Origin: Hormiphora californensis
Taxonomy: Eukaryota; Animalia; Ctenophora
Assembly: GCA_020137815.1 (NCBI GenBank)
Contig: CM035355.1
Span: forward strand, 6,386,001 to 6,450,000
Reading direction: 5' to 3'
Length of the DNA stretch: 64,000 nt
Position numbers and translations under genes: made by a program. Position 1 is the stretch's first letter; each line of letters begins with the position of its first letter. Positions 1-13,100 of this stretch are shown here, one piece after another. The notes below the pieces were generated by a model that did no database searches, was not told the origin of the DNA, and saw nothing but the letters and a program-made list of their open reading frames with translations.

Positions 1-151
1 ACGTATTTGAACCGATCTATATACTATATGCAAATGTGTAGTAAACAACTCTAAATGATCCTGTGCGAGAGAGATTAAGGGAAAGAAAAGGGGAAGCCTG
101 GATATCAGCCAGTGACGCTTAAATGATAACCTATAATAATGATAAACTTAC

Positions 152-366
152 AAAGGTATCGGCACGACAGCAGTATTTTTGGCGACATGGCTGCAACCAG
201 CCTTATCTTGGACAGCATTATCTGGTGCCGTATTCTCAGTCTCCTCCGCTAGTTTTTGTTTCTTTTTGGCCAAATTGGCTCGTTGAACCCTTTTTCTTAT
301 CTTATCTTTATGCCTCTTTTCAATAACTTCGTCAGTGACATTAGTAATATCTTTCATTGGAGTCAT
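152..366 (-). CDS. Orphan family gene C, first exon (rest probably beyond window start)
   Basis: Encodes MTPMKDITNVTDEVIEKRHKDKIRKRVQR...AEETE...NTAVVPIP and ends at a GTAAGT donor (151-146). Shares KDK[IL]RKRVQR and AEET with gene A exon 1. Confidence 0.45.
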
Positions 367-589
367 CTTCGTTTTAACTTTGCATCAACTACAACTACAA
401 ATATATAAAATCGTCAGTGTAATGTCTGGTCTCGATATCACAAGTATGTACACATGTGTTTACAGTGCACAATGTATACAATAGTGGTTATAAAATTAAA
501 TTTAAAAGCTTGCCAGTGAAACTAAAAGCAAATCAACGGAATAACATTTTCACTGTCACTGATAAATGGAAGATCGGTAAAGAAGCAGG

Positions 590-1664
590 TGACAAGGTTG
601 CAGTCGTGCAGGCTTGGTGTCACTCAAACAATACAGGAGTAACGAACTGAAAAAGTAGTGCTGAGAAATGAAGACTTTCTTTTGAATCTCTATGATAGGG
701 TGGGACAGAAAGTGGGACATTTTATGTTCCAAAACATGATATGCTAAATTTTTGCCATGCTACGCAGTCTGTCTATCGGCACTTAAGCGCTTACGCTCGC
801 CCTTCGGGCTCGCGTAAGCTCACACCGGGCCTTCGGCCCGGTGTGAGAGCTGACAGACAAGGAACATGTCAACTAAATTTCGCGCACGAACACAATGACA
901 AATATAGACCATATAATGTCAGAATTACATGCCAAAATGACCAAAAAAGTAGGGCCAAATTGCCTAGCTAGACTGTGTTTCGTGCGCCCCTCCTTTACAA
1001 ATGTAAAGGAGGGTTAAAACATAACAAGGGCAAAAAACCCGTCTCGAGGGTATACCGTCTAGACGTTGCATGCGGCAAAACGAAAATTGCCATATAAATC
1101 TTAACTCATTGAATGAGCACTAACGAGCCAGGTGTCTACACCGATAAAGATGAAGGTTACAATAATGTATAGACAAGAGGTTGCAGTCGTGCAGGCTTGT
1201 TATCACTCAAACAATACAGGAGTAACGAACTGAAAAAGTAGCGAAGAGAAATGAAGAGTTTCTTTTGAATCTCTAGGGTGGGACAGAAAGTGGGACATAT
1301 TAAAGTGAAAGCGAAACAACAACGATTGCACGACGCGTTATAGCCAGTTCGTTGTTGTTTCGCTTTCACTTTATGTCATAACATGATAGACAGTGTTCCC
1401 TCTACCTTTCTCTAAGGAGGGAGAGAAGGAGGGAGAAGGAGGGAGAGAGGAGGGAGGAGAAAGGGAGAGAGGGGAGGAGGAGCGGCGAGAGAGAGCAGAA
1501 GAGAGAGAGAGAGAGGAGAGAGAGAGCGAGAGAGAGAGAGAGAGCGGAGAACAGAGAGAGGAGAGAGAGAGGAGAGAGCTCGAGAAGAGTAGCCGAACTT
1601 AGAGAGTAGAGAGAGATCTAGAGAGAGAGAGAGATCTATCTATACTATCTCTCTCTCTCTCTCC

Positions 1665-1745
<81 letters not shown>

Positions 1746-3287
1746 ACATAAAATAACCGAAACGAAACGAAACGAAACGAAAAAATTTGAGAAAAAATAA
1801 ACGAAGCGAAACGAAACGAAAAATTTTCGACAAAAAAAACTGAAACTAAAATTTTTTAGTCTTCATAAACCGAAACGAAACGAAACGAAAAAATTTGAGA
1901 AAAAATATACGAAACGAAACGAAACGAAAATTTTTCAGTCTTCATAAACCGAAACGAAACGAAACGAAAAAAATTTGAGAAAAAATAAACGAAACGAAAC
2001 GAAACGAAACGAAAAAAATGAGAAAAAATAAACGAAACGAAACGAACGGCAAATCGAAAATTGCCATATAAATCTTAACTCATTGAACGAGCACTATAAC
2101 AGCCAGGTGTCTATATCGATAAAGATGAAGGTTACAAGGGCAAGAGGTTGCAGTCGTGCGGGCTTGTTATCACTCAAACAATACAGGAGTAACGAACTGA
2201 AAAAGTAGTGAAGAGAAATGAAGAGTCTCTTTTGAATCTCTAGGGTGGGACAGAAATTGGATCCATCGCATCCTATTCTCGCTCCGCGAATAATAGGATC
2301 CCGGCCCGTTGAGAGCAAGAACTCACGTGCGCGCGATATAAAGCACGTTTTCAGCAGATCGCGCGTGATAGACCGTTTCTGGAGACCTTTTTAGCTGACC
2401 TAGCCACTACTCAAAGGTCAATTATGGCCTCATTTCGCATCGTGATGAATCGGCGGGTATTTTCCCATACTCACAAGGCCATGAAGATTCCCCCAGTACC
2501 CGCAGATTGCCCCAGGACCGAGTAGGAGCTTGCAGCCAGGTCTTTAAATAATTGCTCATGTTTTAGCGTTCAATTTGAACCACTATTCCCCAAATGCTGA
2601 TGCTCGCGGGTTATTTTCCGTATAAACTAGAGACCACTTATCTGCCAAGGCAACAACGAGATGCAAATCGGTTCAGTAGTTCCTTGCAGCCAGGTCTTTG
2701 AAAAAGTTTGCTCTAAAATCAATAACGGGCCGGAGGCCTAGATGTGAGATCGATCTCGGTCGCCGCGCGACCTCGATCTCACTCAGGCATCAATGTGGCC
2801 AAGGACAGAAAGTGGGACATGTCCCATAACATGATATGCTAAATTTCGCGCACGAACACAATGACAAAGGGCAAAATTCTCGTTTCTTGAAGTCTCTGAA
2901 AAGAACTCGACACCCTCTTTCCAACGAGCCCAAGATCATGACCAAAGATCATGACCAAAACTGTAAAAATTGTGTCAAAATCAAGGCAACATTTACCGCT
3001 TACCGCTTAGTGCATAGAAATGACGAGAATCTCTAGAGAGTGGGACAGAGAGTGGGACATATTACGTTATAGCATGATAGACAATGTTCCCTCTCTCTCT
3101 CTCTCTCTCTTTCCCTCACTCTCTTCTATAATAGTAGTACAGTCAACACACACGCTAGATCATTAGCATTCCTGCAAACAAAGAGTCTGCAACCATGTAT
3201 GTAATATGTGTAATACCACTCACTGCCCTCTCCGAACCGTGCTCGACAGTCATACCGATTTCTCTCTATCTCTCCCCTTCCTCTCTC

Positions 3288-3379
<92 letters not shown>

Positions 3380-3985
3380 CCCCTCCCTCTCTCCCCTTTC
3401 TCTCTTCCCTTTCTCTCTCTCCACTTTCTCTCTCTCTCTCTCAAAAAATGGGTCCCATGATAGGCTACTAAATCATAACTTATAGAACGAGCACTAACGA
3501 GCCAGGTGTCTATACCGATAAAGATGCAGGTTACAATTAGGCAAGAGGTTGCAGTCGTGCAGGCTTGGTGTCACTCAAACAATACAGGAGTAACTAACTG
3601 AAAAAGTAGTGAAGAGAAATGAAGAGATTCTTTTGAATCTCTAGGGTGGGACAGAAAGTGGAACATATTTCGCGCACGAACACTAATGGCAAAATGCGCG
3701 TTTCTTGAAGTCTCTGGAAAGATCATGCAATTTGTTGCCATGCTACGCAGTCTGTCTGTTCGGAACTTTAAGCGCCTCGCGTAAGCTCACACCGGGCCGA
3801 AGGCCCGGTGTGAGAGCTGACAGGCAAGGAACATGCCAAGCAATTTGGCCAAGAAATGGATGAGTTATGACCAAAACTGTAAATGTTGTGTCAAAATCAA
3901 GGCAACATTTACCGCTTATATTAGTGAAGAGAAATGAAGAGTTTCTTTTGAATCTCTAGGGTGGGACAGAGAGTGGGACATACTA
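590..3985. repeat. Array of ~130-bp repeat units ending GTGGGACAGAAAGTGGGACAT, with interspersed modules and microsatellites
   Basis: Near-identical units (GGTTGCAGTCGTGCAGGCTTG...GAATCTCTAGGGTGGGACAGAAAGTGGGACAT) at ~592-720, 1173-1298, 2141-2258 and 3541-3665. Partial copies at ~2800, 3030 and 3921. Confidence 0.85.
1757..2045. repeat. Compound (CGAAA)n minisatellite
   Basis: Runs of CGAAA in higher-order units with AAAATTTGAGAAAAAATAAA spacers. Confidence 0.9.
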
Positions 3986-4016
3986 TGTCATAACATGATA
4001 GACAGTGTTCCCTCTC

Positions 4017-4116
<100 letters not shown>

Positions 4117-4201
4117 CTTTCTCTCGTTGACAAAAGACACTTCGACTGCACTACTAAATAGCGGGGGAGAAATCGAGAGAGACTCTCAGAGACTCTATCT
4201 A

Positions 4202-4267
<66 letters not shown>

Positions 4268-5312
4268 TAGTTGGTCTTTGTAACTGGATGTATGCCTCCG
4301 GGAACAGAACAAGCACATAGAGAGAGGGAGAGATCCACACTCTGAGGGTTGATCGTACTACTCTTAACACGTGACGGTAATGTGACTTCATTATACCATA
4401 CTAAAGCCCGCTCGCCCTTTGTTATGTTCTAACCCTCCTTTACCCCCCCCCCCCCCCCCCCCGCGAAACACAGTCTAACTAGGCAACTCGCCCTACGGAG
4501 TCTCTCTCTCTCTCTCTCTATCTGTCCTTTCTCTCTACGGGCGAATGTCGTACAGCGATGCGGTACTTCTGTTTCCCATGCTCTACACGAGCTAGATGTG
4601 GATGGACTCCCATTTTCAGAGGTAACCATAGTTAACCGTTACATAGTAACTAGATAGCGACCATAGCAACCGTTACATAGTAACGATTTGCCTGCGAAGC
4701 AGGCAAGCCCCGTAGGGGATCGCCCTACGGGCGCGCGAACATGGGGGGCGCGACGTGCCCAAAGTAACGATAGAGAGTTTCGTAACCATGGCAACAAAGA
4801 GGTGGTAGACAGGGTTGATTGATACCAAGTGATTTTAGTTTAAAGCAAGGTGGGCAGCGTTTCACGAAGAATCCGATGATACCCTATCTGTAAGATACCA
4901 GCTGAGCTACATTTCTATTTCAAGCTATAAGCTACAGCTACTTGCCGAATGACTGCTGCTTCTTTTGGCTATTTTTTTCTATTACATAGTTAAATAAAAA
5001 CAAAACGGTTTAGTCCATGCAATAAACGTAATAAAACTAAAATATCACTCATTTCATCTGTTCCAACGATGAGATTGTTCATTTTATAATCAACTGGGTT
5101 ACTTTAAACAAATTAATTTGAGCTGTTGTTACAAACAACAACAACTTTTTTCTTCATCATTGGAAAAGTGGAAAGGAGTAACACACATTTCTACCCGGTC
5201 ATTATATAATGTTCTGTTTCTCAACATTTCTACCCGGTCATTATAAAATGTTCATTGTCTCAATATAATTCGAATGTGCTGCCCCAATTAGATCCAACTA
5301 TCAAATCTGCCA

Positions 5313-6128
5313 CTACTGCTGTTGACACTTATCTTCAGTCCAGTCCATTTCCTCTGGTTCACTATCTGTATAGGGAAGATGGTCGTTATATTACGCAAAT
5401 ATACCCCCCCCCCCCGGAATATTAAAAATATTAACTCCCTATTATTCAATTCATATCGTCTACCAAATAAGATGGGTATCGGCTCCAACGTCCCAACGAC
5501 AAGTTATACCTGGGATCGGAGGAAGCAGTAGTTGTTGGCTTTCTAAATATTTAATGCGCTCGGTCTTTTTCTCGGCGTCTTCTCGCCAGAATTTGACCCT
5601 TCGCTCACACTCCTCTTTGTCCTTGACGGCCTTTTCAGCTGTCTCTTTCAATTCATTCATCGTAGATTTCTCTCTATCATTTTGAGCTGCTTGCCCATAT
5701 AAAGTTAAAAGAGTTTCGTCAGGGTTCGGCGGGGTGTTGCCGCCCAATAGCGCAGCCTCCAAGATGTTGGTGTTTCTGGGAACTGGTTCCGGTAGTTCTG
5801 AAATGGAAAGAGTAGTTTGAATCAAATGTCACAGTTCAATATATTCATATTGGAGGGTTCAGAAAAGTTGGTAGGTTTACTTGCAAATCTGTACCCTACA
5901 ATCCTCTACGCCGACGCGAGAAAGCTTACCTGTCATGATATACAGAGGGGCTGTGAAAATCACAGTATTGGTCAGTTGGCTGTCAAGATCCGAGGCGGTT
6001 TCCTCTGCTTTTTGCGAAAAGAAATTTCGTTTACTTTTACATCGTTGTACCCGCTTCCTCAATTTATCTTTTTCTCTCTTTTTCTGTCTATCTTCCAAGT
6101 ATCTTAAGTTTGACCTCAGCGTTGTCAT
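5313..6128 (-). CDS. Orphan family gene A (~180 aa; basic N-terminus, charged helical middle, acidic DSEPEEMDW tail)
   Basis: Exons 6128-5930, 5797-5510 and 5365-5313, with GT-AG phase-1 introns, splice into one uninterrupted frame. Confidence 0.6.
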
Positions 6129-7617
6129 TTTCGGTTTTCTTCAACGGTTATCGGAAAAGGGCTACAAAAAGTACCGAAATTAGATTAGTTCGCTCGATAC
6201 AGTGCTGCTTGCAGTCAAAATACGGTAACGCAAAATACAGTAAGGAGATACGCACGGTGCATAACGCGCGGCAAAAAGTTCATGTGTCAGCACGTACTAG
6301 CGCCCTGATTGGTCACAGTTGCGCGTCGTCTTACTGTATCTTCGTTTTCCATTACCGTTTTCCCACTACAAGCGACCGTGTAAGACACGTTTCACAGTCA
6401 CAATGATAAAGCACATGATACTAACATGAGCATCGAAACAAGGTTAGCCACGAGTGAAACGAAGGATTGGTGTTTTAACTGCCAGTATTCTAGCTAAAAG
6501 ATAGGCAAATAGCTGTAGGGCACAAGGTTGCAGGTATCATATTCCTGATGAGTAGAAACAAGCATACATTGTTAGTTTTGGACGCTGGGAACGATGCTGG
6601 TAACGTGTGGCCAATATGACGAAGCACCACTGTAAGACTGTCTGGCAGCGGGGATCTGAGATCAAAATGGGTTCTGGCGCCGCCAGATAGTTGTAAGATA
6701 GTAATTCACGTAAACAAGTTGGCCGCGTAGTGAGGGGGAACTAGGGGGTAAAGCAGAGCTGAGCTGGCAGAGCATATTGGCCTGACAGGAGCTGGGAGGT
6801 GCTCACACTAGTAGACAAGGAACGAAATGAACAACCATTGTAAAGAAATGGTGAGTCCTGCTGTTGGATCTTAGTCTTTGGGTGAGATAGAAAGTGGGAC
6901 AGAATATGGGACATAATTGTGTCCCATAGGTTATGATCTAATTTTTGATCTCCTTCATAATATGACATAATATGACACTATACCGTATAGTATACTCGTA
7001 ATCCCACGTGGTGCCAGCCAACCGCCAGCCAAACGGAAAAACGGTTATAACTCCTCGACCATAACTCCGATCGACCTAAAATTTTGAATGCCCACTAATT
7101 TAGTGATCCTCTATCAGCTGGTATCAAAATCTAAGCTCTAAGTGACCAGGAACTGGTATTATTAGTGCTAATTGGCGATAACGTCATAACTCATAAATCA
7201 CATAATTACGACTAATTAGTGAACCGGGGGTGGTAGAGACCTGCGGGATGGTACTTTGGACTTTTATAGAGTCCCTAATCATATCAGCAAGTCAAATTTA
7301 AAATTCCAGACCCAACTTCCCACAACCGACCCTACTATTAGTTCAAAGCAAGGTGGGCAGCGTTTCACGAAGAATCCGATGATACCCTATCTGTAAGACA
7401 CCAGCTGGCTACATTTCTATTTCATGCTATAGCTACAGCTACTTGCCGAATGAATACTGCTTCTTTTGGCTATTTTTTTTTCTATTACATAGTTAAATAG
7501 AAACAAAACGGTTTAGTCCATGCTATAAACGTAATAAAACTAAAATATAACTCATTTCGTCTGTTCCAATGATGGGATTGTTTATTTTTTATAATCAACT
7601 GGTTTACTTTAAACAAT

Positions 7618-7970
7618 GAGAGTGGACCGACACAGAATTGAACAATCTTGTTGTAGGTAGTAGAGAAAATTTATGTGAGCATTTTGCCTCTTTCCCGCTT
7701 AAAATTGACCAGCTTCCATTACGGAGAAATTTTTGTTATGTTGGGAGCATGCAATGACGTCACCAATCTTTCTCTGTATTCTCTCTGTAGGCAGCACATC
7801 GGCCCGGGCACGCACACATACAGAATACAAGAGATAGATCGGTGACGTCATTCTCCCATCGTAACAAAAATATCTCGGTAATGGAAGGGTCGATTTTAAG
7901 GAAAAATGCTCAATTAACTATTCTCAACTACCTAAAACAATCTTGTCCAATTCTGTGTCGGTCCGCTCTC
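7618..7970. mobile_element. ~350-bp palindromic MITE with GAG...CTC termini (Sola-like ends)
   Basis: Inverted ends GAGAGTGGACCGACACAGAATTG / CAATTCTGTGTCGGTCCGCTCTC. Absent from the paralogous module at ~5105-5120, which shows the empty site. Confidence 0.75.
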
Positions 7971-8102
7971 ACTTTAATTTGAGCTGTTGTTATAACAGCC
8001 TAACTTTTTTCTCCATCAATGGAACATCGGAAAGAAGTAGCAGTACATATTTCTGCTACCCGGTATCATTATAAAATATTCAGTGTCTCAAAATTTATAC
8101 TA

Positions 8103-9302
8103 TTAATGTTCATTAGCCAGGGCGCTCAATATTTCGTCGATTCTGCCACTACTGCTGTTGACAATGACACTCGTGTCTTCAGTCCAGTCCATTTCTTCTG
8201 GTTCACTATCTGTATAGGGAAGATACCCGTTATGTTACGCAATAACCCCCCTCCCCCACATTCAAGAAGCATTAATAAAAAAGGATGGATTAGAAACCCT
8301 GGCTTACCTGATAGCTGTTGGCTTTCCTTGAGAGCTACTTGTTCGTGATTTTCCAACGCTGCTTTTACTTTCGGCTTATTATCGGTTCCATCCTCTGAAA
8401 AGAAAAGATATGGTTACTTGGGTGTGCGGCCTCTAGTGCTACACTCTAAGTCTAAAGAGGACTCTATATCTAAATTTAGATTTAGATAAAGAGTCCAAAT
8501 AATTCTAAACTCTAGGAGGACTCTTTATCTAAAAAGTCTACATAGGGCGGACTCTTTATCTAAAAAGTATAAACAAAGTGGACTCTATATCTACATAAAT
8601 CTAAATTAGATATAGAGTCCGCCTTTCGCCGCGAACTCGAGATTTCGGCCGTTAGGCCGGAAACGAGAGTTTGCTCTACCCCTATACTAATTTAGAAGTG
8701 TTAGGGCCGTTATTTGGGTTCGAGGTTAGGGTTAGGGTTAGTGTTAGGGTTAGGTTTTGGGTTGGGTTAGGATTTTAGACATAGAGTCCGGGTTGGAGGA
8801 TTTGGCGCCAAAATGTACTAGAGGACTCTATATCTAAAAATTCTACACAGGGCGGACTCTTTATCTAAAAAGTCTTCACAGGGAGGACTCTTCATCTAAA
8901 CTTTTTTCAAAATCTAACTGTAGATAAAGAGTCCGTTTTTAGATATAGAGTCCGCCTTGGATTTAGATAAAGAGTCCGTTAGCACTAGAGTCCGCCCACC
9001 GGTTACTTGTTGAGAGAGAGTGAGAGATGGAGAAATACAGTAGACACAGAGAGAGATACCAACTTTTTATTGAAGAGAGAAAGAGACAGAGAGAGACAGA
9101 GAGAGACAGAGAGAGAGAGAGAGTCAGAGAGAGAGAGAGTCAGAGAGACAGAGAGAGACCTACCAAATCTTAGTAACAAGTAAACCTTACCTGAGTTGAG
9201 GCTCGTGACTATAACACGAACCGTAATAATTATATTATTTGGCATATTTTGGTCGATCGTATTTTTAACGATCTCATCAATATTAATAACAGTCTCACTC
9301 AT
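8103..9302 (-). CDS. Orphan family gene B (~101 aa)
   Basis: Exons 9302-9191, 8394-8308 and 8209-8103, both introns phase 1, in frame. Shares ESQQL and DSEPEEMDWTED with gene A, plus a ~500-bp conserved downstream block (7341-8100 vs 4839-5290). Confidence 0.6.
8421..9000. mobile_element. Non-autonomous DNA transposon, 9-bp TSD (Mutator/Merlin-like), with internal TTAGGG repeats
   Basis: TSD GGTTACTTG at 8412-8420 and 9001-9009. TIRs GGTGTGCGGCCTCTAGTGCTA / TAGCACTAGAGTCCGCCCACC. Subterminal GGACTCTWTATCTAAA repeats. Confidence 0.85.
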
Positions 9303-9468
9303 ATTCGGTTATCAGAAGGTCTGCAACAAGTAAATAAATTAGTGCTTGTTCACTCGATAGATAATCGCAATGCACATAATATAATGATAAAATTAAAGCA
9401 AAGCTTGCCAGTGAAACTATAAGCAAATCGAAGTGATACTATACTTTAACTGTCATTAATAGTATTAT

Positions 9469-9561
9469 AGTAAATTAGGATACATATCACCTGAGCTGCT
9501 TCTAACAGGTATTATTAATACCTGTTAGAAGCAGCTCAGGTGATATGTATCCTAATTTACT
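9469..9561. repeat. 93-bp perfect palindrome (46-bp arms, 1-nt centre)
   Basis: AGTAAATTAGGATAC...GGTATTA-T-TAATACC...GTATCCTAATTTACT. Confidence 0.9.
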
Positions 9562-9875
9562 CGAGTAGTAGTTAGCTTGTATAATGTATTGTATATTTTC
9601 AACCAAAGCAAAGAGTAACTAGAACAAAGAAATGATGATTTTCTGAATCTCGGGGTTACACACACATGTGATACTTGGTAGGCCAATGGTCTGACAGTGT
9701 GATAAACATGTGACATTATGCATAGCTATGATCTAATAGTAATCCCTCGCTCCCTTATTATATAGGCAGTAATATACTGTTCTCTCTTTCTCTCTCTCCC
9801 TCTTGGCGTAGCAGCCAACCCTGTGAGGGGATATTTACCCTACGGGTGCGTGAACAGCGGGGGCGGGGGGACGTT

Positions 9876-9942
<67 letters not shown>

Positions 9943-10124
9943 TTTTCTCCCCCGTTGGGTAAGGGGTGTAACAAGTCTAGACCCGTTCTCCGTAAGAAAA
10001 AAAAAGAGTCGAGGCACTTCCTACCAAATGAACTAACATTTAACGCAAAGCTTGTGTTCATACAAGGTGACAAACTGAAAACATTATTCGTTCAAAAACC
10101 TTCTCTATTAATATTATGTTACAG

Positions 10125-13100
10125 AAACAGATAGACTTACTGGGATCACAAAAGTGGGAGGATGGAGAGGCTCTCGTTCAGTACATGCTCAAGGTAACGG
10201 TGGTGTGGTAACGGTGGTGTGGTACTACATAGTTATGTTATTATATATAGTTATATATTATATATAACTAGCGCACCCATTGGGTGCGCCTCAAGTAAGG
10301 GCTTTTTGATTACCCACCCGGCTTCGCCGGGTGGTTCTTTTCGCCCTTTCAACGTCAATATCACGGTTGCCATGGCAACTGAATTGGTAACTATGGGGAC
10401 TGGCCTATTAAACGTCATTCGGAATATTAAGAATCTTTCCACTGGAACTTCAGAAAGTGTGAATATAACAGCTTTACAGCTTTGGGCACATGAAGTATTT
10501 TATGAAGGAGCAGCCTGTCGCTTAGATACCGCTGAACGAACGGCCATCACGACGTTCATCTCCAAATTATAATATAGATGTCTGAATATTCATATCCAAA
10601 ATCCAAATCACATAGCTTGAACAGAAATATACCTGTTTGGATAATTTCGACAAATATTTTGGCCTGATTCTGTAAATTACCCCTCTCTCTTCTCCCAGCA
10701 AAGGTTTAACGGTGTCTCACGGGAGATCAAGTTTAACTCGGACAAGACGGTGTTTGATGAACGATTTGGGCTGTTTAATGTGGCTGATGGTAAAGCTTCA
10801 TCTGGAGGATACAGTGATTTTGAACAGATTGGTCTGGCTAAAATTGGTGAGTGATTTGGCCCTTGTCTGTGCCCAGGTCAAAATTGTTGACAATGTAGCA
10901 ATGCGCTTGCCAGCACATTTTAGTAAATTCCCAGCACATTTTGAAATTTAAGAGACGTCCTAGGATGTTCCAATTGGTCTATATTTACTCCCTATAACCG
11001 TGGATGGTCGATAAATTGAGTTTTAGGGGGTGAAAGATGGGTGCTGGCATCCAGCAATGGGGCAGCAATGGATCGATTTTACAGAAAAAGTTACTATGTC
11101 AATATGGCCTCTCTGCCACCGGTCGCGAAGCAAATTTCTCTAATAAACGTCCTAGGGTGTTCCAATTGGTCTATATTTACTCCCTATAACCGTGGATGGT
11201 CGATAAATTGAGTTTTAGGGGGTGCTGGCTGGGTGCTGGCATCCAGCAATGGGGCAGCAATAAAAACGTGTTTTATTGCTGCATATTGCTGGGAGCCAGC
11301 ACCCATCTTTAACCCCCTAAAACTCAATTTATCGACCATCCACGGTTATAGGGAGTAAATTTAGACCAATTGGAACACCCTACGACGTTTATTAGAGAAA
11401 TTTCCTTCGCGACCGGTAGCAGAGAGGCCATATTGACATAGAAACTTTTTCTGTAAAATCGATCCATTGCTGCCCCATTGCTGGAAGCCAGCACCCAGCC
11501 AGCACCCCCTAAAACTCAATTTATCGACCATCCACGGTTTTAGGGAGTAAATATATACCAATTGGAACACCCTAGGACGTTTATTAGAGAAATTTGCTTC
11601 GCGACCGGTGGCAGAGAGGCCATATTGACATAGTAACTTTTTCTGTAAAATCGATCCATTGCTGCCCCATTGCCACTAGCCAGCACCCATCTTTAACCCC
11701 CTAAAACTCAATTTATTGACCATCCACGGTTATAGGGAGTAAATATAGACCAATTGGTACATCCTAGGACGTTCATTAGAGAAATTGGCTTCGTGACCGG
11801 TGACAGAGAGGCCATATTGACGTCAACGCGCAATAGCAAAATTCCAGCACTTTTTGAATCCTAAAATTCCCATTGCCAGCACTTTTTTAACAATTTTGAC
11901 CTGGGTGTCTGTGAGAGGGGGGCAAAGGGACGTGCCCAAGTGAATGATGTTGTACTGATTTTCCAAACCATTCTGTTCCTTGATCAACAATCATGTTCCT
12001 GCGTTGAAAGGTTACAATTACATTGACTTGACTTGTTGTTTTCAAGAAGAATGAACATATCACTATGACGTCATTACAGGTTTCTGGGAATCCAAGACTG
12101 GTATGCACATTTACAAGACGGCAACAATAACATGGCCGTCCAACCTCAACAGAACTCCATCTGATAAACCCGTTACACTGAAGGGAAAACATTTCAGAAT
12201 CGTTACTATCGAGGTAAAGACACACAGTACACTGCACAACTACAAGATCATATTTGATTGAGCTGATTTGTTGTGGGACAGTGGAACCTGTCAGAAAACG
12301 CTGTGCCTAGCCATTCTTCGTATAATAATTTCTGTACCCTATTTCCTTTGTAACAACTATATAATCACACCTTTTCATTTCAGTCTCCCCCGTTTGTAAT
12401 GATAAATGATGGTCCAGGAGTGACGGGCAATGCACGGTATGTGGGATTCCTCCCTGAGATGCTGAAGAAACTCAGCGGCACCCTCGGGTTTACCTACCAG
12501 CTTTATGAGGTATAGTGGATTTGTAATCGCGGTCAGGGTTTGTTGAGTACTTAGTACTTACTCAACTTAAGTTAGGGTTAGGGTTCCCGCCCCCCATATT
12601 GTCCCACTTTATTGTAATTTACTCTGGGGAGCTCAAGGGAAGTATCAAACCCCCTGAATTTGAAACTGTCGAGGATCAAAACGGGGTCAGCTCCACCAGA
12701 CACGACAGTGATTCACATTATCATGTTCTCGCTGTGTTTCAGGTAGGTGATGGAATGTGGGGTGGTCTGGATCAGGAGACAGGGAAATGGACGGGTGTTA
12801 TTGGTGATGTTGTTAGTGGAAAGGCTCACTTCTCTCTAGCGGATCTTGCTGTCACATCAGCTCGTGATGAGGCCGTCAGGTGACTTGACAAGATGATATT
12901 TTACCTCCACCCCTGCCCGCCTCTCAATGAGAAGCGGGCAGGGGTGAAGGGGAGAGTATCATCTTTACATATCTTAGCTCTGTCTGCTCGACCCGATCTG
13001 AGCGCCAACAGCCAGTCTTATATCTCTTGTCCTAGCTGTTTATACTCTATTTGGAGACTGGAGAAGAATTGAGAAGTAGAATTGTAAACGTCTGGGGATT

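Noticed and set aside
6519-6599. Possible upstream iGluR ATD exon (HKVAGIIFLMSRNKHTLLVLDAGNDA)
   Set aside because: The acceptor is weak and I could not link it to neighbouring exons. If real, orphan gene B would be nested in an iGluR intron; transcript data are needed.
10950-11820. CRISPR-like repeated units here and at 590-3985 and 49368-49747
   Set aside because: Units are whole tandem duplicates with no unique spacers, the context is eukaryotic, and there are no cas genes.
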